Positions 53,319 to 62,551 of a stretch of DNA of 64,000 nucleotides are shown one piece after another. A program made the position numbers and the translations under genes. Origin of the DNA: Acidimicrobiales bacterium (GTDB lineage: Bacteria > Actinomycetota > Acidimicrobiia > Acidimicrobiales > Bog-793). The notes under the pieces were generated by a model. That model ran no database searches and was not told the origin of the DNA. It saw nothing but the letters and a program-made list of their open reading frames with translations. How positions within the stretch are numbered: the stretch's first letter is position 1; each line of letters starts with the position of its first letter. The DNA is taken from NCBI GenBank assembly GCA_052146895.1, contig JBKQLZ010000005.1, forward strand, positions 6,282 through 70,281. Reading direction: 5' to 3'.

Positions 53319-54157
53319 TTGTCGTCACCACCCGTGACGGATCCGAGGTCGTCGTGCATGACATGGGTGGCTCCGGCGAGCCGTTGCTGCTGTCGCACGC
53401 CACCGGCCTGCACGGGCACGTGTTCGAACCGCTCGTTTCTCACCTGCGGACCCGGTTCCGGTGCTTCTCGATCGACCACAGGGCACACGGGGACGCGCGG
53501 GCCGCAGCTTCATGGACAGGTGACTGGCGCGGCTTTGCAGACGATCTCCTGAGTGCAGTCGGGGCGCTCGCGCTCGGCTCTCCCATGGGGTTCGGGCACT
53601 CCTCGGGCGGCGCGGCGATGCTGCTGGCGGAGGAGGCGGCCCCGGGCACCTTCTCGTCGGTGTATTGCTTCGAGCCGATAATCCGACCCGACGACGACCC
53701 GCCGTCGCCCAATTTTGAGAACCCCCTCTCGGTCGGTGCCCTTCGTCGCCGGGAGAGCTTCGGCTCGTTCGAGGAGGCACGCAAGAGCTTCGAGTCCAAA
53801 CCACCTTTCTCGGCAGTCGACCCCGAAGCGCTCACGGCATACGTGCAGCACGGCTTCGAGCAGCACGCCGACGGGTTGGTTCACCTGAAGTGCCGCCCAG
53901 CCGACGAGGCGCGCGTCTACGCCTACGCCAACTCTCACCGCGCCTTCTCGCGGCTGGGCGACGTTAGAAGTCCCGTGACCCTCGCGTGTGGGACGAAGGC
54001 CGACTCGAGGGGTGCGGACCTTCTCGAACCGCTCGCTCTCAGGCTGCGCCACCGCCGAATCGAGGTCATCGGAGGGGTCGGTCATTTCGGGCCGCTCGAG
54101 CGGCCAGATCTCGTGGCGGCATCGATGATCCGGGCTCTTGACACACCCCCGGCGTAG
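53300..54157 (+). CDS. alpha/beta hydrolase
   Basis: LLLSHATGLHG, nucleophile elbow GHSSGG, and C-terminal GHFGP. Confidence 0.8.
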   Translation: MPERPPIVVTTRDGSEVVVHDMGGSGEPLLLSHATGLHGHVFEPLVSHLRTRFRCFSIDHRAHGDARAAASWTGDWRGFADDLLSAVGALALGSPMGFGHSSGGAAMLLAEEAAPGTFSSVYCFEPIIRPDDDPPSPNFENPLSVGALRRRESFGSFEEARKSFESKPPFSAVDPEALTAYVQHGFEQHADGLVHLKCRPADEARVYAYANSHRAFSRLGDVRSPVTLACGTKADSRGADLLEPLALRLRHRRIEVIGGVGHFGPLERPDLVAASMIRALDTPPA

Positions 54158-54159
54158 CC

Positions 54160-54993
54160 TTGCAAGCAATGGCCTCCATCGCCGCCACGCCGGTAACCGT
54201 CACGCCGCTTGATCTCCCGAGCACACTCACGCCTTCGAAGATCAGCGCATTCACGAGCTGCCCGCTCGCATTCAGGTTCTCCGTGCTGGAGCGGCTGCCA
54301 GAGCCTCCATCCCTCCCGGCTGTCAGAGGGACACTCGTCCACCGCGCTCTTCAGCTGCTCTTCACCTACGCCGACGAGGGCGAGCGTGACCGGGCCCGGG
54401 CCGAGAAGGCGCTGCAGCAGGCTTTCGTCGATCTGACCTCGTCCGATGCCGACCTTGCTGCCCTCGAGCTCACCGACGAGGCGCGCGAAGTCCTCATGCG
54501 GCAGGCCGGAGTGCTCCTCGACCGGTACTACGAGATCGAGGACCCCAACACGGTCCGACCCGTCGGGCTCGAGCTCGACCTCCAGGTCGAGGTAGACGGC
54601 CTCACGCTGCGGGGGATCATCGACCGGCTCGACGTGCTGCCGGACGGACGCTTTGCGGTCGTCGACTACAAGACGGGGCGGGCGCCCCGCGCCGAGCAGG
54701 CGAAATCCCGGCTGTCCGGAGTCCAGCTGTACGCCTTCTTGTGCGAGGAGATCCTCGGGCAGCGGCCGGCGGCGGTGCGGCTGCTTTACTTGCGCGACCG
54801 CGTCGTAGTCTCCTCGGAGCCGTCCGACATGTCGATGCGCGGCGTCCGGCAGCGCGCGGGGGCCGTCTGGAAGGCGATCGAGCGGGCATGTGAGCACTCC
54901 GATTTCCGGCCGAGCCCGTCAGGACTTTGCAGCTGGTGCGCTTTCCAGCAGTACTGCCCCGCCTTCGGCGGGGATCCCGACGCCGCCCGATGA
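54160..54993 (+). CDS. PD-(D/E)XK (RecB/Cas4-like) nuclease with 4-Cys Fe-S signature
   Basis: N-terminal SKISAFTSCPLAFRF, core IDRLD...VVDYKTG, and C-terminal CSWCAFQQYC. Confidence 0.8.
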   Translation: MQAMASIAATPVTVTPLDLPSTLTPSKISAFTSCPLAFRFSVLERLPEPPSLPAVRGTLVHRALQLLFTYADEGERDRARAEKALQQAFVDLTSSDADLAALELTDEAREVLMRQAGVLLDRYYEIEDPNTVRPVGLELDLQVEVDGLTLRGIIDRLDVLPDGRFAVVDYKTGRAPRAEQAKSRLSGVQLYAFLCEEILGQRPAAVRLLYLRDRVVVSSEPSDMSMRGVRQRAGAVWKAIERACEHSDFRPSPSGLCSWCAFQQYCPAFGGDPDAAR

Positions 54994-55529
54994 GAGACGC
55001 CATCAGGCGGCTCGACGACCGGGTAGACACGGCGTTCGACCGCCTAAGAGGCGACCCGCTCGCGGACCGGGTCTTCTACACGGCCTCGGCGCTCGGTGAT
55101 TTCGGGCTCATCTGGGTCATGATCGCCCTCGTCCGAATGCTCCGTCGCAGGCCGAACGACGAGCGAGCCGCTATCCGGGCGATCGTCGCCACTGGGATCG
55201 AGTCCGTGTTGGTCAACGCCGGTCTCAAATCGCTCTTCGGTAGGGGTCGCCCGATCTCTGAGATCGTCCACCCCTACCCGTTCCGCCAACCGCTGACCTC
55301 GAGCTTCCCGAGCGGACATGCCACGGCGGCCTTCTGCGCAGCGACCCTTCTTTCCGACCAGGACGAGCTCGCCCCGCTCTACTTCGCATTGGCGACCGTC
55401 ATAGCGGCCAGCCGTATTCACACGAAGATCCACCACGCCTCCGACGTAGCGGGCGGAATCGCTGTTGGCACGGCTCTGGGCCTGATAGGCCGCCGCCTAT
55501 CGCCGCTCCCGCCGAAGAGGCGACGCTAG
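54990..55529 (+). CDS. PAP2-family phosphatase
   Basis: ATGA overlap with the upstream gene. Motifs KxxxxxxRP (KSLFGRGRP), PSGH, and SRIHTKIHHASD. Confidence 0.85.
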   Translation: MRDAIRRLDDRVDTAFDRLRGDPLADRVFYTASALGDFGLIWVMIALVRMLRRRPNDERAAIRAIVATGIESVLVNAGLKSLFGRGRPISEIVHPYPFRQPLTSSFPSGHATAAFCAATLLSDQDELAPLYFALATVIAASRIHTKIHHASDVAGGIAVGTALGLIGRRLSPLPPKRRR

Positions 55530-55571
55530 GGTCCTGCCAGGTGACAGACAACCGAAAGGAACCCCACTCGA

Positions 55572-56063
55572 ATGAGCGTCGCCATAGTGATGGGCAGCGA
55601 CTCCGATGCGCCGGTGATGAGGCAGGCCGCCGAAGCGCTCGATGAGTTCGGGATCGAGTGGGAGATGCGGGTCCTCTCGGCGCACCGGACCCCGGACGAC
55701 GCCCTCGACTACTCGCGCTCGGCCGCGAGCCGCGGGATCGAGGTCGTCATCGCCGGGGCGGGGGGCGCGGCCCATCTGCCGGGCGTCATCGCTGCCACCA
55801 CGACGCTGCCGGTCATCGGCGTGCCCATCGCGCTCAAGAACTTCGACGGTCTCGACTCGCTCCTGTCGATCGTGCAGATGCCGAAGGGCATCCCAGTCGC
55901 CACGGTCGCGGTCGACGGTGGGCGCAACGCCGGCCTGCTCGCAGTGAGGATCCTCGCCGTCGGCAACGCGGCGCTGACCGGGAGGATCGAGGACTTCGGC
56001 GCTCGCATGGCCGAAGAGGTGCGCCGGAAGGACGCTGCGCTCCAAGAGGAGCTGGGCAGGTGA
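55572..56063 (+). CDS. purE: 5-(carboxyamino)imidazole ribonucleotide mutase
   Basis: [10 protein letters not shown]...SAHRTP...[10 protein letters not shown]...PVIGVP is the canonical PurE pattern. Confidence 0.93.
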   Translation: MSVAIVMGSDSDAPVMRQAAEALDEFGIEWEMRVLSAHRTPDDALDYSRSAASRGIEVVIAGAGGAAHLPGVIAATTTLPVIGVPIALKNFDGLDSLLSIVQMPKGIPVATVAVDGGRNAGLLAVRILAVGNAALTGRIEDFGARMAEEVRRKDAALQEELGR

Positions 56064-56923
56064 CCAGCCCCGGCACGAAGACTCTGGCTGAGCGCCTCGG
56101 CCACGATGAAGGGGCCCGGCTCCTGATCGTCAACTGCGACGATCTCGGCTCCTCACACGCGGCGAACCTGGGCGTCTACGACGCGCTCCGCCATGGCGCC
56201 GCGACGTCGGCCACATTGATGGTGCCGTGCCCGTGGGCGCGCGGCGCCGCGGCGGAGTACCGCGGCGAAGACGTGGGCGTCCACCTCACGCTCAACGCGG
56301 AGTGGGACCTCTACCGCTGGGGCCCGATCACCCAGGCACCTTCGCTGCTCGATGGCGACGGGGGCTTCCCGAGGACGGTTGCCGACGTCTGGGACCACGC
56401 CGACCTCGACGAGGTCCGCCGGGAGTGCCGCGCGCAAATAGAACGGGCGATCTTCTGGGGCTTCGACGTCAGCCACCTGGACTCCCACATGGGGACGCTC
56501 CAACTGCGAGCCGAGTTCTTCGACGTCTACCTCGACCTCGCCGACGAGTTCCGGCTCCCGATGCGCCTGAGCGGGGCGTCGACTGAGAGGGTGGTGGGAT
56601 TCCCGTTTCGAAAGCTTGCGGCCGAGCGAGGCGTGGTGATCCCGGACCACCTGCTCCATGTACCGGGCGTGGGAAGCCGCGGGGTGATCGAAGGGCTGAT
56701 AGCCGACTTGAGGCCGGGCGTGAGCGAGGCCTACTTCCATCCGGCGGCGGACACGCCTGAGCTGCGGGCGATGTCACCCGACTGGGAGGGCAGGGTCGAC
56801 GATCACCGGTTCCTCGTCGACGAGGCGGGTCTGCGAGCGATTGCCGCAGCGAGCGGCGTCGTCCTGATCGGCTACCGAGCGCTGCGCGAGCTCATGCGGG
56901 CCAGCGGGCCCCCGACGGACTGA
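56060..56923 (+). CDS. ChbG/HpnK (YdjC) family carbohydrate deacetylase
   Basis: GTGA overlap with purE. Includes [23 protein letters not shown], and SHLDSH motifs. Confidence 0.8.
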   Translation: MTSPGTKTLAERLGHDEGARLLIVNCDDLGSSHAANLGVYDALRHGAATSATLMVPCPWARGAAAEYRGEDVGVHLTLNAEWDLYRWGPITQAPSLLDGDGGFPRTVADVWDHADLDEVRRECRAQIERAIFWGFDVSHLDSHMGTLQLRAEFFDVYLDLADEFRLPMRLSGASTERVVGFPFRKLAAERGVVIPDHLLHVPGVGSRGVIEGLIADLRPGVSEAYFHPAADTPELRAMSPDWEGRVDDHRFLVDEAGLRAIAAASGVVLIGYRALRELMRASGPPTD

Positions 56924-56956
56924 GCACGAGCTCGCCGCCGGAGGCGGTACGCCGGC

Positions 56957-57343
56957 TCAGAACTCCGTGGTCTCGAGGATTTGGGTCTGCAGTGCCTTGT
57001 ACTCAGGAGAGTTCGTGATCGGAAGCAGCGACATGAGCTTTGCCATGTTGCCTGTCACCTTCACCCGGCCCTGCATGAAAGCCGCGTTGGCGTCGAGCTC
57101 ACCCTTTTGGATGCGCATGGCGTCGTCGTGGCTCTGCGTGAGCGTCACCTCGGCGTCCTCGAGCTCACCGAGCTGGGACTCGAGCAGCTTGCCGTTCTCC
57201 AGCACCCAGTAGTACTTGATGTCCCCGTCTGGGCCACCGGTCACGACGTACTGCATGCGCGCAGTCGCCCCGGGCCGCTCGGGCTGGCCCTCCGACAGCT
57301 GGCGCCCCTCGTCGAGCCACTCCTGGCTGAGCCACTTCGCCAT
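56957..57343 (-). CDS. SCP2 sterol-binding domain protein
   Basis: IQKGELDANAAFMQGRVKVTGNMAKLM is typical of the SCP2 C-terminus. Confidence 0.85.
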   Translation of the reverse strand: MAKWLSQEWLDEGRQLSEGQPERPGATARMQYVVTGGPDGDIKYYWVLENGKLLESQLGELEDAEVTLTQSHDDAMRIQKGELDANAAFMQGRVKVTGNMAKLMSLLPITNSPEYKALQTQILETTEF

Positions 57344-57459
57344 CTCGTCCTCCTTCGTCCCGGTCCAGCCGGGATCTTCGACCTCGTTACCTACGAGCCG
57401 CTGATGATAGTGACCGTACCCGGCGGCTGCCGAGATGGCGCTCGGCGGTGCCTAGCGGG

Positions 57460-58341
57460 TCAGCGCGAGACCGGCGCCCAGATGCCGGCGAACAGGTCGG
57501 TCTCGGGCGGGTCGGAGTCGACGAGGCTGCGGGCGAGCACGTAATCGTCGAAGGGGTAGATCTTGCGAGCCTCGTGCGTCGGAAGCCCGAACCAGAACTT
57601 CGACGTCGGGTCGATCTGGGTCGCGTGCGCCAGCAGGGCCTCGCGCCTCACGTCCTCGAAGCCCGTCAGGTCGATCGACGTGGTGATGTCGTCTTCCTGG
57701 TTCGCTCTGTCGTCGGCCCGCTTGAACCACGCCTCATCGAAAGGCGACTCCAAGCCAAGCTCGAGAAACTTCTCGTGCGTCTCGATGATCCTCCGCCGCG
57801 ACCACACCGTGTAATAGAGCTTGAGAGGTTGGAAGGCCTCGCCCGCCTCCTCGAAACGCCCGGGGTCCCCGGCTGCCTCGAACGCGGCCACGGCGATCTC
57901 GTGCGCCCGGATGTGGTCCGGGTGCGGGTATCCGCTGTGGTCCTCCCCGTAGCCGATGATGACCTGCGGCCGGACCCGCCTGACTATCGCCACGAGCCTC
58001 CCGACGGCCTCCTCGAGCGGGGCTGCAGCGAAGCAGTCGGGATTGGAGTTCGCCTCGCTCCCTGCCATTCCGGAGTCCCGGTAGCCGAGCAGCTCGACCT
58101 CGTCGTAGCCGATCGCGTCGGCAGCGGCGTCGAGCTCGCGTTCGCGGACCCCCCCGATGTCGGCCCGCACCTCGGGCGTGTCCATCGCCGGATTGAGGAT
58201 CTCGCCCTCCTCACCGCCGGTGCAGGTGACGAGGACCGTGTGCACACCAGCAGCGTGATACTTCGCCACTGTGCCCGGTCCCTTCGAAGCTTCGTCGTCA
58301 GGGTGGGCGTGTACGGTGAGAAGTGAGAACCGCTCGTCCAT
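57460..58341 (-). CDS. mca: mycothiol S-conjugate amidase (LmbE/PIG-L family)
   Basis: LLTVHAHPDDE, GGEEGEILNPAM, and GYPHPDHIR, with collinear similarity to mycobacterial Mca including the PPETDLFAGI tail. Confidence 0.85.
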   Translation of the reverse strand: MDERFSLLTVHAHPDDEASKGPGTVAKYHAAGVHTVLVTCTGGEEGEILNPAMDTPEVRADIGGVRERELDAAADAIGYDEVELLGYRDSGMAGSEANSNPDCFAAAPLEEAVGRLVAIVRRVRPQVIIGYGEDHSGYPHPDHIRAHEIAVAAFEAAGDPGRFEEAGEAFQPLKLYYTVWSRRRIIETHEKFLELGLESPFDEAWFKRADDRANQEDDITTSIDLTGFEDVRREALLAHATQIDPTSKFWFGLPTHEARKIYPFDDYVLARSLVDSDPPETDLFAGIWAPVSR

Positions 58342-58464
58342 GGCCTGCGACGCTACCCGCGCCAGCCGGTACCGTGACACCTGGCGCGGGGCCTGTGATC
58401 TTGGCGCCGACGTAGACTCCATTCAGAAAGGTCTCGCGATGGGGCTCGAGAGGAAGGTACGCCA

Positions 58465-59364
58465 ATGGGAGTGATGAAGCGCCTCACGTCAATCGTGCAG
58501 GCCAAGGCGAACAAGGCTCTTGACCGCGCCGAGGATCCGAGGGAGACGCTCGATCTCTCCTACGAGAAGCAGCTGGAGCAGTTGCAGCAGGTCCGCCGGG
58601 GAGTGGCGGATGTCGCGACGGCCCGAAAGCGCCTCGAGCTGCAGGCACAGCAACTGCAGGCAAGCGCTTCCAAGCTGCAGGACCAGGCGCGCCAGGCGAT
58701 CTCGCAGAACCGCGAGGACCTGGCCAAAGAGGCGCTCACGCGGCGTGCCTCGATCGCTACCCAGCTTGAGCAGCTGAAGGTTCAACACGACCAGCTCGTG
58801 CAGCAAGAGGACAAGCTCGTGCAGACGACCCAGCAGCTGCAGGCCCGGGTCGAGTCCTTCCGCACGCAGAAGGAGACCTTGAAGGCCTCCTACACCGCCG
58901 CGCAGGCCCAGACGAAGATCGGCGAGGCCGTCTCGGGGATCTCCGAGTCCATGAGCGACACCGGCATGGCGATGCAGCGAGCGCAGGACAAGATCGCGAA
59001 CATGCAGGCCCGAGCTGGCGCTGTCGACGAGCTGCTCGCCTCCGGCGCGCTCAACGACCTCTCGGGCTCGTCGGACCCGCTGCAGGCCGAGCTCGACAAG
59101 ACGAGCGCACAGAGCCAGGTCGACCTCGAGCTTGCGCAGCTGAAGAGCGAGCTTGCTCCCCCAGCACCCGCCGCTGCGATCGCTCCTGCCGCCTCGGACG
59201 CAGCTCCGGCCGCTTCGTCGGAGACCGCAGAGGACGCCGACGCTGACGCTGACGCAGCCCCGGCAGAGGTCGTGCCCGAGGCAGCCTCGGCCGCCGGCGA
59301 TGGCGCCGTACCGGCAGTCGCTCCGGACCTGTTCTCGCTCGGCGGCGACGGAGGTCAGTCATGA
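58465..59364 (+). CDS. pspA: PspA/IM30 family protein
   Basis: MKRLTSIVQAKANKALDRAEDPRETLDLSYEKQLEQLQ and a long coiled coil, then an Ala/Pro-rich tail. Confidence 0.9.
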   Translation: MGVMKRLTSIVQAKANKALDRAEDPRETLDLSYEKQLEQLQQVRRGVADVATARKRLELQAQQLQASASKLQDQARQAISQNREDLAKEALTRRASIATQLEQLKVQHDQLVQQEDKLVQTTQQLQARVESFRTQKETLKASYTAAQAQTKIGEAVSGISESMSDTGMAMQRAQDKIANMQARAGAVDELLASGALNDLSGSSDPLQAELDKTSAQSQVDLELAQLKSELAPPAPAAAIAPAASDAAPAASSETAEDADADADAAPAEVVPEAASAAGDGAVPAVAPDLFSLGGDGGQS

Positions 59365-59657
59365 TCGTCCGCATTCTCGGTGAGGGGCAGTTCGAGGTGC
59401 CTGACGACGTGCTCGGCTCTCTCGAGGAGCTCGACGCTCAGCTGAACGCGGCGATGGAGGCAGAGGAAGAGGAGCGTTTCGGCCAGGCTCTAGAGGCGCT
59501 TGCCGAGGCGGTCCGCAGCTCTGGCCAAGAGCTCGACCCGACCACCATCGTCCCCTCGGACCTGACAGTCCCACACAAGGGAGCCACTATCGCCGAGGTG
59601 CGGGAGCTTCTCGCCTCGGACACCGGCGACGCACAAACAGCTACTGAAGGGGTCTGA
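59361..59657 (+). CDS. small acidic PspA-associated protein (PspAA-like)
   Basis: ATGA-coupled to pspA. 98 aa, MIVRILGEGQFEVPDD... Confidence 0.55.
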   Translation: MIVRILGEGQFEVPDDVLGSLEELDAQLNAAMEAEEEERFGQALEALAEAVRSSGQELDPTTIVPSDLTVPHKGATIAEVRELLASDTGDAQTATEGV

Positions 59658-59663
59658 CAACCG

Positions 59664-60620
59664 TTGGCAAAGACAAAGTTTCCCGTCGACAGGGGCCTGA
59701 CGGCCCGCATGCTCACGACGGTCTTCCTGCTCTTCGTCTTCTACGCGATTCTCGTGCTCGTGCTCGCGATCTTCGTAAAGACCCTCGCGATCATCATCAT
59801 CATCCCGCTCGGGCTGATGTTCGCCCAGTACTACGCCTCGGACAAGATCGCCTTGTACGCGATGCACGCCAAGGTCGTCACCGAGGAGCAGGCCCCGCAG
59901 TTGCACGCCGTCATCGACCGGCTCTGTGCCCTGGCCGATATGCCCAAGCCGCGAGTAGCGATCGCTGACGTCGACATGCCGAACGCGTTCGCCACCGGGC
60001 GCAACCAGTCGCACGCCGTCGTCTGTGTGACAACCGGGATCCTGCGGCGGCTGAACGAGCAGGAGCTCGGGGCGGTGCTCGCCCACGAGCTCAGCCACGT
60101 CGCTCACCGAGATGTCGCCGTGATGACGATCGCGAGCTTCCTCGGCATCCTCGCCGGTTTCATCACCCGCATGCTGCTGTGGAGCGACATGTTCGGTGGG
60201 CTCGGCGGCGGCGGCCGGAGCCGGGGTGGCAACAACCAGGGCGGTGGCCAGTTGGTGCTGTTCGAGCTTGCCGCGCTCGCGTTCTCTGCTCTGTTCTATC
60301 TCTTGAGCTTCATGCTCATCAGAGCGCTGTCTCGCTACCGCGAGCTGGCGGCGGACCGCTCCGGCGCCATCTTGATCGGGCAGCCGCGCCTCCTTGCGAC
60401 GGCACTGCAGAAGGTCACCGGCGACATCGGCAACATCCCGACGCGCGACCTGCGCACCGCGCAGAACTTCAACGCCTTCTTCTTCGCCCCAGCGTTCACG
60501 AAGGGCAAAGGCGGCGCGAGCGTCTCCTCCCTCTTCGCGACGCACCCGCCCCTCGAGGTGCGCCTCGAGCAGCTTGCCAAGCTCGAGGCCCAGATGAGCT
60601 CCGCCTCCCGGGCCGTCTGA
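59664..60620 (+). CDS. htpX: zinc metalloprotease HtpX (M48)
   Basis: HELSHVAHRD zinc motif, four TM segments, and TTG start. Confidence 0.92.
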   Translation: MAKTKFPVDRGLTARMLTTVFLLFVFYAILVLVLAIFVKTLAIIIIIPLGLMFAQYYASDKIALYAMHAKVVTEEQAPQLHAVIDRLCALADMPKPRVAIADVDMPNAFATGRNQSHAVVCVTTGILRRLNEQELGAVLAHELSHVAHRDVAVMTIASFLGILAGFITRMLLWSDMFGGLGGGGRSRGGNNQGGGQLVLFELAALAFSALFYLLSFMLIRALSRYRELAADRSGAILIGQPRLLATALQKVTGDIGNIPTRDLRTAQNFNAFFFAPAFTKGKGGASVSSLFATHPPLEVRLEQLAKLEAQMSSASRAV

Positions 60621-60654
60621 GCCGGCTGAACCGGACCGGACGCGAACACCGACG

Positions 60655-61296
60655 ATGCCCCGCATCTTCGACGTACTTCTGGGCAAGACCAAGCCGGTGC
60701 AGGCGAACCTCGACCAGCTCTTCGGGCTCGTCAGTGCGCAGATCACCCTTCAGACGGCCGAGGCGCTCATCCCGACTGGGCAGGCGGGAGTCTGCTACAA
60801 GCCGGTCGCGGGGCGCTCCTTCGCCGACACCTCCAGCGAGACGTCACAGCTGCTCGGGCTCGGCGACGACCCCACTGCGGATGCGGCCGGGCTTGCCGGC
60901 TCCGTCGCTCCAATCGTCAAACAGCAGGACGACCAGTACGGGTACCACTGGGTCGTGCAGACCGTCCCGGATTTCCAAGAGCTCGTCAACCAGGTGCACC
61001 TGATCAACTCGACGTTGCAGGACAACGGTTATGGCCCGCAGCTGCTCTGCACGGTCTGCGCGTTCCGTGCCGACCCGACAGCCACCGCCGCGAGTGGTCC
61101 CGCCGGGCCTCCACTCGTCTACCTCGTGTACCTGTACAAGCGGGGCACCTTCTACCCGTTCGTGCCCGCGGCCGGCGCTGGCGAGCACAGGGACAACGAG
61201 ACCGAGCTACGCCTGCAACAGGTCCTGGCGGAGGACCTCAAGATCGAGCCCGACAAGGAGCGCTGGATGGCCCTCTGGGGTCTCCCGGTCCACTGA
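60655..61296 (+). CDS. PspA-operon-associated protein (PspAB-like), function unknown
   Basis: 213-aa soluble ORF 34 nt after htpX. Includes ...YGYHWVVQTVPDFQELVNQVHLINSTL... Confidence 0.5.
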   Translation: MPRIFDVLLGKTKPVQANLDQLFGLVSAQITLQTAEALIPTGQAGVCYKPVAGRSFADTSSETSQLLGLGDDPTADAAGLAGSVAPIVKQQDDQYGYHWVVQTVPDFQELVNQVHLINSTLQDNGYGPQLLCTVCAFRADPTATAASGPAGPPLVYLVYLYKRGTFYPFVPAAGAGEHRDNETELRLQQVLAEDLKIEPDKERWMALWGLPVH

Positions 61297-61329
61297 GCGG
61301 CCGCCGCCCGGTCGGATCGGCCGCCGAGC

Positions 61330-62526
61330 TCAGCGCGCTCCTCCACGCTTGGGTCGCTTACCCGCACCCTTGCGCCTGCCGCTCGGCCTCGTCGTGCGCT
61401 CGTCACGCCTTTCCCTCCGCTCGGTGACGTAGGCGCCTCCGGGCTGGAAGGGGTCCCACGCTGCCGGGGCATCGAGTAGGTACGCCCGTACGCGCTCGGC
61501 GATCAGCTCAGGCGCGAGCTCCGTCAGGCCGTCCGACGACGGGCGCAGCCGGCCGACGATGGCACCGACGGGGTTCGCCTCCCAGGTCACCTGGCCCGGT
61601 TCGAGAGAGGTCAGCTCTGCGGCGAGCGGCTCGAGGTCGGGACGAAGGGGCACGGGGCGGCTGACATATCGGACCCAGCCCTCGTATCGCAGGTAGAGCT
61701 CGCAACGGGGGCCGTCGAAAGCCAGCACACGGCTCGCCGGGGTGGCGGAGTGCACCGAAGCCGCGTGGATTGGGAGACCGCCTGAGGCGCCGATGAGCCG
61801 AGTCGCTCCAGCCGATGCCTCTGACGAGCCAGGGCCCGCTGTGTCGCCGCGCCTGACGATGGCAAGGTCGGCCACGTCATCGGTGATCAGCACGTCACCC
61901 CGCTCGATGGCAGCCCGACCAGCAAGAAACACCTGCATCTCCTCATGCCAAAGTGCCTCGTACTGCTCCGGGTGCTCGACAAGGTCGCGGACACGCGGCA
62001 GCACCGCGAGGTACCGCTCGGACGTCCCCGCGCCGGCGCCGGCCTCCTGCTCGGCGAGCGGTCCGATGGCGAACGCGATGTTCGCTCCGATGTCGGAGGT
62101 CACGACGCCGAAGTCACCGCACGAGGCGGCGTCGCAAAGTAGGCGCTCGTGCGCGAGTGAGAACTCAGGGTCGACGAGCGCGAGGACGGACATCACCCCG
62201 TCCTCGTCGAAGTGGTCGTTCGTGACCGCCTCCGCCTGGCGCCCGGCGGCCAGCAGGCCAAGGACCTGTGGGCGGGCACGCCTCCCGGAGCTTGACCGCC
62301 CTGTGGCGAGGCGCACGTACTCGAGCGCGATCTCGACGGACAGGTCCCGCGCCAGAACCTGCGGTGTCGGGCTCTGTGGCCAGTGCGAGAGCGTCACGAC
62401 GCTGGAGCGCCGCGCTGCGCCGTCGACCATCACGTGAGGTCGCTCCTCGAGCGCCTCGTAGGCGGCGTAGCCGAGGGGGACCGCCCCGCGCGGAGGCCGT
62501 GAACCGTGCGAGTCCGGTGCGCTCAT
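61330..62526 (-). CDS. conserved hypothetical protein with highly basic C-terminal tail
   Basis: 398-aa ORF with coding-like composition, a TNDHFDEDG motif, and the tail RRERRDERTTRPSGRRKGAGKRPKRGGAR. Confidence 0.5.
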   Translation of the reverse strand: MSAPDSHGSRPPRGAVPLGYAAYEALEERPHVMVDGAARRSSVVTLSHWPQSPTPQVLARDLSVEIALEYVRLATGRSSSGRRARPQVLGLLAAGRQAEAVTNDHFDEDGVMSVLALVDPEFSLAHERLLCDAASCGDFGVVTSDIGANIAFAIGPLAEQEAGAGAGTSERYLAVLPRVRDLVEHPEQYEALWHEEMQVFLAGRAAIERGDVLITDDVADLAIVRRGDTAGPGSSEASAGATRLIGASGGLPIHAASVHSATPASRVLAFDGPRCELYLRYEGWVRYVSRPVPLRPDLEPLAAELTSLEPGQVTWEANPVGAIVGRLRPSSDGLTELAPELIAERVRAYLLDAPAAWDPFQPGGAYVTERRERRDERTTRPSGRRKGAGKRPKRGGAR

Positions 62527-62551
62527 GCGGGCAGCGGCGCCATCGGCCCTG

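Noticed and set aside
55658-56059. 421-aa ORF spanning purE in an alternative frame and continuing into the YdjC-like gene.
   Set aside because: The N-terminal 134 codons are Arg/Gly/Pro-rich overlap with the bona fide purE frame. The homologous region begins at GTG 56060, with GTGA coupling to purE.
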